Source of the DNA: Phoronis australis
Lineage: Eukaryota; Animalia; Phoronida
Length of the DNA stretch: 64,000 nucleotides
Reading direction: 5' to 3'
Assembly (NCBI GenBank): GCA_002633005.1
Contig: NMRA01000014.1
Location: forward strand, 1,787,079-1,851,078
Shown: positions 26,545 to 41,080 of the stretch, one piece after another
Layout of the letters: the number at the start of each line of letters is the position of its first letter
How positions within the stretch are numbered: the first letter of the stretch is position 1
The notes under the pieces: model-generated
What the model saw: only the letters and a program-made list of their open reading frames with translations
The model's database searches: none
What the model was told of the DNA's origin: nothing
Program-made: the position numbers and the translations under genes

Positions 26545-28475
26545 AATTATACCATCGACATTTACGAGTTTCTTTAGTCAAATTACTAGTCCTGTTCAGC
26601 ATTACTTCGTAAGCCAACATTAGCACGAAAGTGTTAATTAAATGTGTGAATAAATAACTCTGCATGTTGAACTCGTTCAAATGTTACTCACGTAACCGGT
26701 CGCACAACTGAAATCAGTGAAAAACATATAAATTGTTAACGAGAATTTGAGTTAATAGGCCCTGAGCGACTAAGAAAATGACATATTTTTACCGTTCGTG
26801 TGGTATCCCAATATGAAGACTGCGTACTTTTTGGAAAGGATGGGTCTCTGGTCTCGTAGAAACGTGAATCTCGTTAAGTAAGCTAGTGTGACCACATGCT
26901 TAGTCTTGCGAGTCCTTGCTTTTCTCGCAAGAAACGCACGCCTGCATGATGCATTGATTGGCCAAAAATCGCCGGCTTTCTCAGTTTCATAGATAGTCAT
27001 CCATGTTCTGACTGGCACCAGCACTGAACGGTGACACAGTGTTGTGTGCATGCAATGTCCATCAATGCGTAATTTTGTCGTGAACTGACGGTACCCGAAT
27101 GTGTAATAAAGTAAAACGTGATTTGTAATTTACTGAGCAAGTGAGCCAGAAAAGTGTCAATGTGTGATTTCTTTCTAATTCTTACACCTGGAGACTCATT
27201 ATGGAAGCCATGCAGAAATTTACATGCGTCTTCCAAATTAAGTTGGTCCGTGAGGCTGTATTCCGCATAATTGAGTGAACAAATATAAGTATGCTCGTCA
27301 CTTGCTTTCCATTTACCTATAAGAGTCGAAGGTAGCATGACTGTAGTTGTTTGCAGTTTAGCGAACTAAAATGAATTGATGAAGGTTAATTGCTATTCTT
27401 AATACCTACAGTAAAGTGTCAATCCTTGTCCGCCTGAACTCTTCCATGTGCTAGGAGATTGTGCCAAAAAGACTGAGCACCAAGAGACATACACTTTCGT
27501 TTTGTACGTCCGATTTATTTCATGCACAAGTCGAAGTGTTCAGGAGATCTCCACCTCGGGGTACTTTCCGTCGCAACTTTACCGTCGGCTTCTAGCGCTC
27601 CCTCTTGAGAGCTAAGCAAGCTATTCGTTTGCATGGTCTGCATGAACACACATAGCGTTGTTTCCCAAGCTTGTTTGTGCTGTGGCGTTGGGATTTATCG
27701 GTGCTTGTGGGTGCACAATGAACTCTACTGGCCCGACAAGTCCCACTGCTCCATCATACGTGCTTCGTTGTAGTCTAATACTATGTATGCTGCATTGAAT
27801 TACTCGTTTCATTTCTCAAAAAAATTGTGGTACACAAGTCAATGTTCAGTCGCGTCGTGGTACATATTTCTTTTGTGTGAAATTCCTGAAGCCGGGAAGT
27901 TGTCAAAGCGCGAAAGAAATAAGTATTCTAGTGATGAATGGCAGGTTACATAGTAACTTACTTCCGGCCGTGAATGCCTCCAGATTGCGAGGGATGTCGA
28001 GAGTTGACACGTTCGCTTGTAGTCACCCGGTTGTGGTAGGTTATTCTGTGTATTGTATTGCTGTCGAGTTGTTCTTGGTCATTGTACGTTTAACATGGCA
28101 ATTCGTACTGGCCAGTAACATCTCTATGGTGATACAAATTTCTCAGCAGGTGAAGAAAAGATGACATATAATTTCCCCAACAAGGCAAAACGATGTGTCT
28201 GCTATTGGGGGTGGGTTGAGATCAAACTGTTCTTTATTTTGTAAGAAGAGCTATATGTAAATCCTCGATTTTTGTGAATTGCTGACCAGGTAAAACCCTA
28301 TTGATGAGGCAATTTTGAATAAAACGTGCACTTGAAAGTGCCGTTGGAATTTTTACAGGAATTGTGTACAGCAATATGCAAAGTGTTTTCGTAGTCCGTA
28401 CGGTTGTTACTCAATTTCCTCTAATGTCATCCAGACACTGGTCTATGTAGGATATGTTGGCAAACTTCGTGACAT

Positions 28476-28826
28476 TGGGCCCTCGTTCATCCGAGGGGAA
28501 AGGTGCCTGTGGCTTCTGAGAGGGAAATATTTCGGGGTGAGGGGGAAAATCCTACCTCCTGATCATCATCAATAGCACCCTGCCCCTGTGTCCCCACCCC
28601 TTCTCCCCCCTCGTTGCAAGTCCTCATAGGTTTTGCCTCACCTAGCTAAAACTAGCATTTTGTATTCCTTCAAAGTGTAACCTGTGTGAGTTAAGGGTCA
28701 TCGAATTTTTCTATCACTAGAAGGGAATTTATGGGCATCATGACGGGAATTTCGCATGACTTTATATTTTTCAGAGGAGAATGGGGGCGAAATTCGCCCC
28801 CAAAAGTCGAGGGATTGAGGGTCCTG
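28476..28826 (+). mobile_element. MITE family C
   Basis: gggccctcgttcatccgagggga...gagggtcctg; homologous to 11740-12068. Confidence 0.75.
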
Positions 28827-30199
28827 TAACATCCTATCACAAAAATGGCTGGTCAGATTTATATGCAAGTTTCACGTGCTGTATGTACTGTTTTCCAGAG
28901 CATTGTGGGAATTATTTTTGCAATGTCCCTCTTTTGCACGAGGGGCTATCAAAAAGTATATTTGTGGAAAACTCTGACTGGCATAAAGAAGCGTTTTCAA
29001 GATTTAATCGTGAATTGTCGAATGAAATTTGGCCATGCTATTGCTAACATTGTACTGTTATTGTTATATTTTCTCTTTTCTAAATTTTGCTAATAAGGCA
29101 TGATCACCTGATCCGATTATCTTTAGATTAATACACATTAAGTCATATTCAGCGGGCTTTGTACTTTCAGCACAAGCGCGCGCGTACATTTACGCAGTTA
29201 AATTTTGTATAGAATGTGTTTACTTCTGAGCCAGGGTCGCCTGGCTGGCGTTTTTCTGGGTTTGAACCATGATTTGAGCAAAACAGATTCTTAAAGAATG
29301 ACTTATTTCGAAAGAAACTTACGCATTTTTTTAAGTTATGAAGGCTGAGCCGCTGTTACGCTGTTTACCACAAGAAACTACTCGTTAAACTGCCGAACAT
29401 GTTTGTATTTAGCCCCGTGTGTCTGCACGTGAAGCTTTGCCTATATATGAACGAGCTTGTTTAGAACAAAGCTTGGCAACGGTAGAAGCATATGCAGACA
29501 CGTCACTATACGAAAACGTTTTTGTTCAAACATAATGAACACGCTTGCGTTCAGTGCCAGACCACTTGGAAGACAATTTCACTAACTGTGTGCACCGGTG
29601 AACCAGTTGAGGTTGATGTACTTTATTTCCTTTTTGTTCGTTTGTTTAGAAAACAAGAGTATTTTACCGTAATATTTACATGTCATGAAAATAGGAACTA
29701 ATCGTTGATTGGAACTGGTACGATAGCTCTTTTTACGTATAGCGTAAGGCGTCATACACAAAGAATTGTGGGATAGGGGTCATCTAAAACAGCGAGGTTT
29801 AGACGTAAATAAACGATCACCTTATTTTAGTAGTATTTCAAGCAGGCATAAGTGCGAGTAAATAGGTGATATATCCCATAATTACCAAGCCGACGATCAT
29901 CTGCGTGAGTGACACTCTGGATTATGGATTGGACGACTAGTATCTCAAATCTGCGCTCTGAGATGCGCACGTATGGAATTACCTTCTCCGTAAAGGTCAT
30001 GGGGTATGCATTTGCGTCGAATTTTTTAGTTTATGATAAACGTATTTCTCAGACATTAACGGGAATGACCATTTTTTTGGTTGTTATAACCACCAAATAT
30101 TCGATAATTAAACTTAAATGTCAGCACAATACAAATAAAAATGACAGAACAGCATCATATGGACACATATTTGACTACACTAGCTGCTTTTGGCTAATT

Positions 30200-30540
30200 T
30201 CGGAACATCATCTCAGAAATGGTTGATTGGATTCAAAGGAAACTTTCAAATACTGTGTTTTATGCACATTTCTCCAAAAATCTGATGGATATTATTTTCA
30301 ATCCACGAGAGGGGCTATCAAAAGTACATGAAGGTTGCATAACGATGTTCATAAAAAATTCACAACGTTGCATAAAATAGAAAAAATATTTTTGAAAACT
30401 GTAATACCATTTTTGTGAGATTTCGTCTTGATATTTATATCTAACAAAATTTGGCCGTGTTATTAGTGCCCGACTTGCTACTTTTAGCTAAAATTTTATT
30501 AGGACATGGTAACGTGACCTAATCAGTGGCTTTTAGGTGT
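30200..30540 (+). repeat. Interspersed repeat family D copy
   Basis: catctcagaaatggttgattggattcaaaggaaacttt and cacgagaggggctatcaaaagta match the copies at 7745 and 28937. Confidence 0.65.
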
Positions 30541-31777
30541 AATGTCAAAAATCAAAACATACATGTACAAGCCTTTTGCTTTCGTGTATGTTTTCTGACT
30601 TAATGTTTATACCTTTGTAAGCATTGCCTGAATACACGGACTTGTAGACAAGGTCTTTCTTTAACCGTAAAATTCGCTTTGATTCTGTTTTTACTAAACT
30701 GAAGACCAACTCCTCATTGAAGGAGACTGCCAGTATTCATCCACGATTTTTTAAGAATCCCACTGGCGGAGTTGGATGAAACTGAATGGATTAACCAACT
30801 ACTGCAATATTCACTAGGTTTCTCTGTTGCGTGGCATATGGCCTACACTCGCATGTTTTTCCACTCAGCCGACAGATTCCCGTAGGCAGCCGAAGACTAG
30901 ATCCTGGAAGGTTTCAGAAAGGTGTGTCTGGGGTTTATACGAGCATAAGTAATGTGATTAGATTTTACAATGCCCGTAGAAATCCTAAATAACACTGAAA
31001 ATAACTTCGTGACCTCTCCATGGGTTCATCCGCATGGCGAACGTTCTCATTGTACCGAAACACTTCGATTTATCAAACAGGGCTTATGGGCAATTTTACA
31101 GGTGAGGTCAAAGAAAATAGGTTCTGGTCTGTGGCTTTTTATGAAAATTGATGCGGTATTTTTAGTTGTCCATATTTAATTAAAGAAGCGTCATGTGATG
31201 CCAGCTGAAACAAGCCGGGATCCTTTCTTTCCCCTGCGCCAGCTGAATGGGTTGGGATTCCTCTTTGTTTTCTTCAAGCAGTGAGGCGCAGGTTTCAAAA
31301 TAAATTGCCGGCGAAGGCCAGAACCAGTTGGAGGAATGGACAATGAAAGACTACGCATTCGTTTGACTGCGCACATTTAGGTTGCCCTCGCAGAACTAGT
31401 ATATGAGTTTCGATAAGACGGAACAACGCAACGAAAATATTTGCTACTTTTTGATCTGGTTTTGTACTGAAGCATATATCTAGGTAACGGGAACGAAGCT
31501 TTTTGGCGAAATCCTAACTAGGGAAGATGACTGTGCTGGCGAAATCCACCACGTGGAATCACTGTTGTGAACTTTCGTTGAATCTAGATTAGAACCATAG
31601 ACTCTAACAAAACACTGGCGACGTGTTATTCTGAAGGTCAAAATATTGCCCTTGTCAACCTTGTTTTATCGAAAACAACTTACAAAAAGTAAAACAATTA
31701 TCTAACTCCTTATCAACAAGTCTTATACTCAAGCACACCATGAAAAAATAAATATTTACATTTTAGCCATTCATACA

Positions 31778-31903
31778 CAAAACGTACCGAGAGTGGCGTA
31801 GATGAAGTAATATCCCACCTGACATTATTCTGCAGTCTAAGTTATACGCGGAATAATGTCGAGTGGGATATTACTTCATCTACGCCAATCGAGGTACGTT
31901 TTG
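31778..31903. repeat. Long palindrome with arms of about 55 bp
   Basis: caaaacgtacc..tggcgtagatgaagtaatatcccac..gacattattc / gaataatgtc..gtgggatattacttcatctacgcca..ggtacgttttg. Confidence 0.9.
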
Positions 31904-34804
31904 TATTGTGTTTCGAATTCCCAAGTTTCTTTCATTTTTGAGGCAAATTTTTTAAATACTTCACCCATGCAGTTCACGTTGCGAATTGCACCCTACACGT
32001 ATATACTTACTAGTTAGGTTAAAAGTTGTTGCTAGTAAAAGAAACAGTTTTAAATGTAACGATTCATTACTTGAAAAGAAATAAAAATAATGAAACAACG
32101 GTAATTGTGCATTGAACTTGTAACATTTCCTGAAAATAGTTAAATAGCAACATTTGATATTGTAGTTACCGAGGAATCGGCGCCTGGGTTGCAGACGATA
32201 TAATATTTAGCAATCGAGAACTTGGACGAGTCATACTATCAACACTTTTGTTCATGATGTTACGTTTGGGACCTGATTGCATGCTGAGTGTTATTTATAC
32301 TGCTGCAATTGTATTAGGCCTACTTTACACTATTTTGGGAAAGTTTGATAATCAAACGGGCTAACTACGTCGAGCCGACATTGACCTACCTTTTGAACTT
32401 TCCATGTCAGAGGGCACTGAAGAAGTGCGGGAGATGAATACGGAAAACAATATCACATGGCCGTATTGCACTCGATTGATTCAACGCACATGGGATACAT
32501 ATGCTTATTTAGATTCACGCCATTTATATTTGCATACAAGAGTAATTTGCATGTACGCCTACCCACTGATGTTTGGTTAAGGGTTTGATGCGCTTTGATC
32601 AGCAACTTTTGAACTAGAATGAAATTGAGCATTTTTCCTCGAGTGATTTACATGTACATTATGCAGGTCGCCACCTGGATGTTTTTGTGCGCCATTGTAA
32701 ACTCTTAACTAATTATCAGTTAATCTCAAAAGAACGCGGGGCAACCATCACCTTGCTCCTCGATTCTATTCAAGCGTTTCCGTGCGCCCTAACTTAATCC
32801 AGGCGCACTGGCTTATTGCGTTTACGGTGCAGATGTGATAGTGCTTTTGGAGAAAAGATCGAGTTTATCAATAGATTGTAAATAAAATGGTCGATAACAT
32901 AAAAGACGATGGCCATACATGTAGCTTCTGGTAATATATAACTGTAAAATCAAAGACCACGATGATAGTGACTGGCTGGGCAGTTAGTTCCATTATATTT
33001 TACACATAATGACTGTAATCTTACACAGAATCTGCTACGCTGCCGTAATCAGTTGATGAAGACCTATCACAGATGCTGTGTCAATATTCGGGCAACACGT
33101 TTCAAAAGCCGATTCAAAAAACCTTGCACGTCGCTTTTTGTTTTACCCATTCACTCCTAACAAAATCGACTAGGGTATGAAAGACCTTATTTCAAGTCCG
33201 TGTATTTCGCCTAGTATCTACAAAATTGCTGATTTTAACTCAGTAGAAGTATTTATCCGTCACTTTTTGCTTTTTTTCTCGACATATGTCCATTTAAAAA
33301 CCATGTTCGCCCTCTAGTGATTTTTTCTAAGAACGATCTCGACGTTTAATAACGCCAGAACCATTCAATAACCTCCATATATTTTCTGAAAGTAGAACTA
33401 GATCCTGTAGTATTTAATTTTAGGCATTTTATCAATCTGCCATTAATTGAGTCGTGTGCCAAATGAATGTCTTTCCAGTAAAATGCAGCAAACAAGAAAA
33501 GTTCATTCGTGGACATGTTTCAGATGAGATCTCAAAAAAAAACTGTTGCAGTTTTCTAACATGTAATTTCGTTTTGATTCTAGCAGCTTAAGGTTTTTCG
33601 TGAAAATCACTTTAGCCTTATATTTGACAGTTCCTCATACCGAAGGTGTTTATTTTAAAACTGTCAAACAGTACCTAAAGCAAAGTACCTGGAAGTTTCA
33701 TATGAATCCGATCAGCCATTAAAGAGATGATGTTCCGAAGTGCTTAGCGAAATGTGGCATTTTTCCAAGATGCCACATAACTTCGCCAGTTGATGAGTAG
33801 CCACAGGGTATCAAGTTATTTAGAGCGAGATTAGTACGATCGCACGCGCTCTCCGAAGCTCACAATTTTGAAAATTAAAACTAAAAAAAAACAAGCTTCA
33901 CATAACTTAATAGGCCTCTACATAAAAATATCGCCTGTCAACTTTACACAGGTGAGGATATGCCGCGGTACAATCGTGGGGAACTAGAACTCGCCTTATG
34001 TCAGGAGTTTGAAATGATTCTTTCTGACAAACGCAAAACAAAAAACTCATACGTGTTCCACACAATAGTAAAAGTACACCACCTGTGATCCTGAAAGTAA
34101 ATGCGCACGGGTCTTATAGCTCACACAGAAAAAAATCGGAAATATGGCAATATTTTTGAAATATTTCTGTTTTAATCAACACAGTGCAAACATATATACA
34201 ATGGTAATGAAGGCAAACATTTCACATTTTCAACAAATTTTCTGCAGAACCTTCACATGCTCACAACGTTTAGGTATCTCTAACTGAACCTTTTCTTGAA
34301 ACTGTTAAAAAATGCCTAGTGAGTGAATCTGGGCGAAGACAAACTTACAATAAATGATTAATATTTCCTGAAAGAAAATACACCAAATTTATTCAGGAGA
34401 GAAGAAGCCCATACAGTTATTTTGATATTTTGATAGAAAATCATTGGGAGCTTTTGGCATTGCTTTGAATTCACTACCTGGTACGTTCCGGACTGTTACT
34501 AAGCCATGCAAAACAGTCAGACAGCATTTCCATAGGATGTCGAAAAAAAAGTGAATTTACCCCATATCTACACTAACGCCCAGGCCACCACCGAGTACGA
34601 CAGCACATAAAATCAACCAGTTTCGAAAGGATTATCAACACCTTCCAAATCTGGGCAGCTCAAGTTAAGTGTAGATGTACTCTAAATTTATTGCTACATT
34701 CAAAGTCAATTCTCGTCTGTTGCACAGGAAGAATTTATACAAAACCACTGCAGGAATGACCAAGCTTCTGAAAGGTAGGGCCACTAACAAACTTCGGAGT
34801 AGAG

Positions 34805-34830
34805 TTGGAAAAAACAACAAATAATTTATT
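34805..34830 (-). terminator. Candidate PARN polyadenylation signal
   Basis: AATAAA on the minus strand (34830-34825) followed by a TTTGTTGTTTTT GU/U-rich element, about 1.25 kb after the stop. Other AATAAA copies (about 35975, 34690) are alternatives. Confidence 0.45.
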
Positions 34831-35344
34831 GCATCCAACTCATCTCAGCACTTAATGTCACATAGCAAAAGCAAAATTTTATTAGCATGGGTATTGATGA
34901 ATCAATTATCATGTAAATTAATCATGAACAGTGTACAATTGCGGGAAAAGTGTCCCTACTGAGGCACAGCATTGTGGGTAAATATCGAAGAATCGGATAT
35001 GGCGGTGCAGCATCCTGAGATCTGGCTGTTCCCTTGCATTGTTGAAACCAACTTCTACCAAGGCAAGGGAAATTAAATGAATTTGTGGCAGCCTGTTTCA
35101 TGATTTTGATATGTAAACAGTAAGAAATGAATAGGATAAGAAACTTTTAACAATCTCACTTCTCATTGGAACTTGATCAGCACAGTTTTTGCATTCAGTG
35201 CTAAGCCAGTGCACTCCGAATTAAGATATAAAAGCTTGATAATGAACTACATGCACACCCAACTTTTATAATCAAAGGTACAACCATGGAGGATAAGTGC
35301 TTAGAGCTTAACATGGCAACACAACTTATGGAAAGGACAATGGT

Positions 35345-35605
35345 AGTATCTTACAGCAGTTGAGAAGACTGGTTAGCTAAGTCTAAAATTTCCTAATTGA
35401 GTGAGTACACTAAACACCGCAATTGAGAAGCTCAGTTAGATAAGTCTAGGATTACCTTTATTTAATGTTCACACTATACACTGCAGTTTAGTGAGGTACT
35501 AAACTTTTTTAGCTAAGCCTCAATTTTCGTATTAGAGTGAGTACACTACACATTGTAATTTAGAAGCTTGGTTAGCTTGGTCTAAGATTTCCTTACTGAG
35601 TGAAG
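35345..35605. repeat. Diverged tandem repeat of about 63 bp, about 4 copies, in the inferred PARN 3' UTR
   Basis: Recurring agaag.t.gttagctaagtcta..attt.ct...tgagtgagtacacta.acac.gcaatt. Confidence 0.75.
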
Positions 35606-36079
35606 ATACCAATGTGAAAATTTATACATAAATTACATAAATTTTGATTTAGGAAACAATTGGCAAATAAGTAGTAACACAGTTATCTCCTCATTACAAT
35701 CTCAAATGGACTGCAGCGGAAGCTCAAGAGAGGCATCCAATGAAGGTGTGAATTTAGCAACTTGTTTGCAAACAGGATTGTAGAGTAATTTACCAGTTTA
35801 AATATTTGGTACATTGTCAGTTTGAGAGCACTGATATATAAGCAGTCTTCAACCTTATAACAGCAAACTGGAGTAAAAACAAATTTAGTGAAGGCCTTAA
35901 AGGTTCATTGTCAAGGTTCATTGGAACGTGGTGTTGAATAAAATATGTTCAAGTGGGATTTCATTGAAAAAATTTATTCAGAAAGAATGATTGTTCTAAG
36001 CAGTTAAATGCAGTGCTTGCAGAGACGCGTCTTCAGCTGAGTACGATGCCATTGGTGTCACGTAAAAGACGTGCTCCCC

Positions 36080-36129
36080 TCACCATGTCTCTGGCTCCTC
36101 AAACAGCTTTTCCTTGTCACTGGTGGTGT
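36080..36129 (-). CDS. PARN: PARN terminal coding exon: (D)TTSDKEKLFEEPETW*
   Basis: ttgcag acceptor, TGA stop at 36082-36080; C-terminus matches vertebrate LFEVPDTW. Confidence 0.9.
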
Positions 36130-38420
36130 CTGCAATGTAAAGATAATTTACTTACGTCATTCAGAGTGATAATAGGGGTAAGGCAATCATTCTCTCATAT
36201 CTATGTGAGCATTAAAGTCAGATAAATTGGAAGTAACAATGATGGGGCAAATGCTATTTAATTTTATTAGTCAACAGAGATCAGCAGATTTTGGGCAGTG
36301 ACCAACAAACAAGCCCCTGGAGATGAGTTTACCAATGCCATTAACCTTCTGATAATACTTTTAAGGGAAGAATGAAACATGCTCACAAGATTTTCTTTAG
36401 AACAGGTGCAACTAGTCTAATCATTAAAAAAATTAATGTACCTTAACATTTCAAACGTATTTTATTTAAATTTCTTTGGTTAATTTTTAGCATTTTGGAA
36501 AATTGAGGTGCCAACGTTGTAAGAAGAACTTCAACACGTTGAACAAATATTTTCTCTTAAAACAGTCCATGACTTTCACTCGACAGTGCGAGGGAAGGGG
36601 GGTTCAAGAGAAACATGGTGAACTTTGTCAGTTTAGAACACAGACTGGCAGAAGAGGAGATTTTATTCTTTAAAACATCTTCAGAAAATGGGTTTCAGAA
36701 AAAAATTCACTATCAATGCAGTTGTCACACTAATAGTAATGCTTCATTGTAACTCTGACAATTTCTTGTTACTATTGGCTGTTTTAACCTATTCACCTAA
36801 ACAAAAAGTGACCTTTTATCATTCTGTTATACCAGAAACAGAACAATTGATTAACACAAGACCCATGTTCAACAATAAGTACACATAGCTTATGGCCCTC
36901 CAGCTAACACAATTGTGTTGTTACATAAAAGTGACTACCCTGCTGTGTTGTCTACCATAGGTGACAACATAGCTTGCTTTGTTTCAACCTATGCACCAAC
37001 ATCAACTAAAGTAAATATTAGCATAATTGCCTATCCCCAACAGCCTTTTTCCAAGAATTAAGTTTGGTTGCACTTTCTGTTTCTGACTAGCATTCCTTGA
37101 ATAAACAAAGGTTTGGTAAATACCATTATTGTTCAACAGCAATAAGCACTGAATGCATTCCAATGAGACTCGGTCAACTCCAAATCAGTCGTCTATTAAA
37201 CGCACGATGTATTCCCGTTATTCCACTTGACAGAAAAAAGCCAGAACATTTGCACTGCCACATATTGCGTTTCCTTGCGACAACTTGGGATTTTGCCAGA
37301 TAACACTTGGCGCTTTGATGTTACGCAAAGCATTTTGCCCCATTTTGTTCGAGACACTTGATGGCTTTTAGAAATCTTAAAAAGGTGGTAAAGAAAAGAC
37401 GAGTAATTGAAAACGAAATGTAAACTGATGACTGAACGGCTTGCTGATGATAGTAAACAGCTGCTTCTAAATCTTCCACCAAGTTACATGACTGTTGGTT
37501 ACAGCAAATTTAAACAGGTCGCAGCTCAACTGGAAAATGGCTGCAAATTATTTCTGCTATATAGGACATTACAAAGGGAGCATACCACCTAAAGTTGAAT
37601 CAAGTCCACATGTATTGCGTAACATTTCAATAAATGCATTATGGTATTTTGATTTCTTTGTTCATGTTAAATCCACATTTCTCTGCTGTTTAACTATCTA
37701 AATGTTGAAAATCATATTAGGAATTTTACTCACAAAAAATCATTCTCATTAACATTCATTCGACTGTGTTGATTTATTCCATTACTAAATTAAGTCACTA
37801 GCAACGTGCACAAGAACATTTGTTCGTAATTTTAGGGTTGGCCAAATCCAGTAAACTCTAAACGTTTTCTTCAGTTGCTGATGATTTCGTTGTTCTTGTT
37901 GGTAACAGAATAGAATCCTATCACAATAAGAGGTATTATAATTGAAAGTAAGAAGCTCAATTCTATTTATGTTTTTTTTATTTTTGGCCACCTAAACAGG
38001 GCTGTAACATAAACTCAGTAGATGTTGTTGTATGTGACTTATGAATAAACGTCACCCAGTACATGTACATCACAAGGGGAAATGCAGCTTTATATTCCCA
38101 ACATCCCTATGATATATGCAAATGTCGCTCACGAGGTGGCCATGCGGTAACCTCATCACTAACGTCTGTTGGTCCATCCTTACACAAACACCTAATCCTG
38201 TTGGGTAGTGGAAAGTTAGCTGTCAAGAGTCATGGAATTTTTCTTTCCATGATTCTGACAGGTAACTTAGTTTGCATTACCCATATTCTAACAGAGTCGG
38301 TGATAAGAACATTCATACAATCTGTCCTGCTTACATTTGGCATGACGTTTTGGTCCATCAATTCTCCAGCCATCTTTCAAAAGATGTTAGAGACTTCTCA
38401 GAAAAAACAGCCACTGAGGA

Positions 38421-38530
38421 GGTAATAGTAGGATAAAACACGCCCGCATTTTGAGAACCAGTTTTCTCCACTAAATAACCGGTATCCAACTGGTTCTCAT
38501 AACGTGGGCACGTTATATTCGACTACTGCC
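38421..38530. repeat. Palindromic interspersed repeat, same family as 51183-51292
   Basis: ggtaatagt..tgagaaccagtt / aactggttctca..actactgcc. Confidence 0.8.
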
Positions 38531-40606
38531 CACTGTGGATACAGGGTATAGTGATTAGCATAGTGGAGAGACAACAACAATGTCCCCAAAAACCCACCTA
38601 GTCCTAAATGAAAACAAAACATTTTTGAAAATAACACCGATAATTGACCACCTTAAGTTTATCACATACCCACGCTCATTCATCTGACACCTGAAGGTGG
38701 CCAGAAAACTCCTAATAGGTTGATAATAATAGAAATAATGTTAGAAATGATGCCATTCATTGTTTGCACACTTAGCACTTAAATAAACTAAATTGTTGTG
38801 TGAACTATATCAAGTGCCTTCGATACAACTTTGACTTGACCTAATTATTGCTACATGAAGACTATAATTTCAATTTCCCTCGTCATTTTTTAAAATAGAA
38901 TACATCTTAATTTATGATGTCGTTCATGTATTTCCTGCACTGAGCAAATGTTTTATCCAGTAAAATGTTTAGAGCTAAGTTTGAGGAGAGATTATCTGTG
39001 TGGTGCATTCATCATGAGCCCCATATCAGATTATAGCTACAGACTGACTTCCTAGAAAAAATTGATTTTATGATCACCTGTAGGCTTGTCATAAGTTTCG
39101 CTTCCACTTGAAGTGATAGAATTCTCGGAATTTGTAGCTTGAGATTATGGGCTAGCTGAACATGCCAAACGAGGGAGTAAGATAAGATAACTGGACTGGA
39201 ATTTACAATCAGCAGTATACCACCAAGTACATGAGAAATGATATTTCATGAATCTCAATCATCGTAATTAAAAAAATACCAATGATACAAAGTCATACTC
39301 TGGGGCTTGGGCATACTTTTGCCATTGAATTGAAATACGGTATGTCCAATTTTCCACTAGCGACTTTAACCATATGCTATTTAAAAATTTATTGTTTTCG
39401 GAGACTTGTCTATCAGACATCGTGTTTTTTGATTTTGGCTCAACATTAAAGGTTGATTTAATCAGTTTCTTAAGACTAATATTTGGAAACTGTGCTGTTC
39501 AGAAAAATTGCTGCTAACATACAATATCTTTATTTGCGGGCTAGCATGTGTTACTCCGTGCACTTTCTGCAGCATGAAATGGAACAGCTAAAAAAAATTG
39601 TGCGTGATATTGTAGATCACAACATCCCTTTTGAATTATTTTACATTGAAATTTTATTTAATTTGGGGTGTTGATTTCCCAGAGTAAATATTTACTGTGA
39701 ATGTTAAGTCATACCCGGCTTCAATGTTTTGGTGATCGCTTCTATGGCTTCCTTACAGATTTAAGTAACTTCTCCTTTTTAACTCAAATAGAGAGGTGAA
39801 CATGTTTAAGCAAGCTATTTTCAAAATGTTATGCCAGAGGGGCATACCGCTTTGAAAATCACGTGTTTCCTTGCCTGACAAAACTCGTGCAACAATCCGT
39901 CAAACACGACAGAATCTTATAAGACATTATTCACCTTTTTTGACCTATTGACCTCCATTCAACCGAGTCAAAGCCAGGAGTAGCGTGGGGAGGACAAAGC
40001 AGTGTACTTAGAGTGTAACTTGCCGCCCACAATATCCAATGTCACTGAGAAGTCCATTTGAATTTCTTAGCTCCAGGAAAACAATTCAGGAATCATTGCA
40101 CACAAAATGGTGTAATCTGTACACTTGAATAAATGAGGTCAACATGAGGTCAACATGCTTGTAGTTTTGTCAATAGAAAATATGGAAATTAATGTTTTTT
40201 TATATTTTTTTAACTTTAGTACTGGTACTACAACTTACGAAAATAGCATCCAAGTTTACACACCCGAGAATATGCATCTTATTCAGCTAAGTTGCACCAA
40301 AGACGCAAAAAAGCTATTTCAAGCAAATACTGAAAGTAATACCCAAACTTGCGATTCTTACTATGTGATGTCTAATCTAGTGCCACTTCAACACTTTAGC
40401 AAGTGTTGTTGTGTGACATTCGTAGAATACACGTCATACTTTTTATGCAGTGAGTCTTCAAAAATTAGAAAAATTACAGTTGTCTGCCATATTGTGAGCT
40501 AAAATGAATGAAAAATTCTGTATTCACCCGCAAACTAGCTGCAGAAGCTAGGAAGGCTATGCATGTTTTCTTCAATAAAAATTGACAGACTATCAATGGC
40601 TTAAAC

Positions 40607-41080
40607 TGCAGTTCTTGGAGAAATGGAAGATTCCCATTTATAAGATGTATGGAGTTGAAAATAATAGAAATTCCCAGTGATAGACTTCCAAAAGAATCGT
40701 AGGAGCTGCTGAGAGTATATGACGAACGTGGCAGAACAACTTGGGCGACTCACATCAGACATTTCGTATGTAAATAATAGATTTGGATATGTTTGAGCTT
40801 AGCAAGGAGTAGGTGATAGAGGGATTTTTCTGTCTGAGTTTATACAAAGATTAAAGGATTGTGCCTTCCAAGAATTGGAAAGTAATGTCAATTTTAAAGG
40901 TAAATTACCTTTGCATGGAGACGCTTTCCAAGATTTCTGCACTGTGCAATACTTCGAGGTGATAGCAAATGCAAATCTTACTAGGAAATTTATAACTAAA
41001 ATTTGATACTCTAATCAATGTTTAGAAAACAAAGTAGGAGGGGTAAATTGATCGGGAATTGAGAAATTGTGTGATTTGTC
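40607..41080 (+). mobile_element. Degenerate LINE fragment (post-RT region, RTEX/CR1-group-like)
   Basis: Interrupted frame AVLGE..LKIIEIPSDRLPKES*ELLRVYDERGRTTWATHIR..FGYV*A*QGVGD..FLSEFIQRLKD resembles the C-terminal part of invertebrate non-LTR ORF2. Confidence 0.75.
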
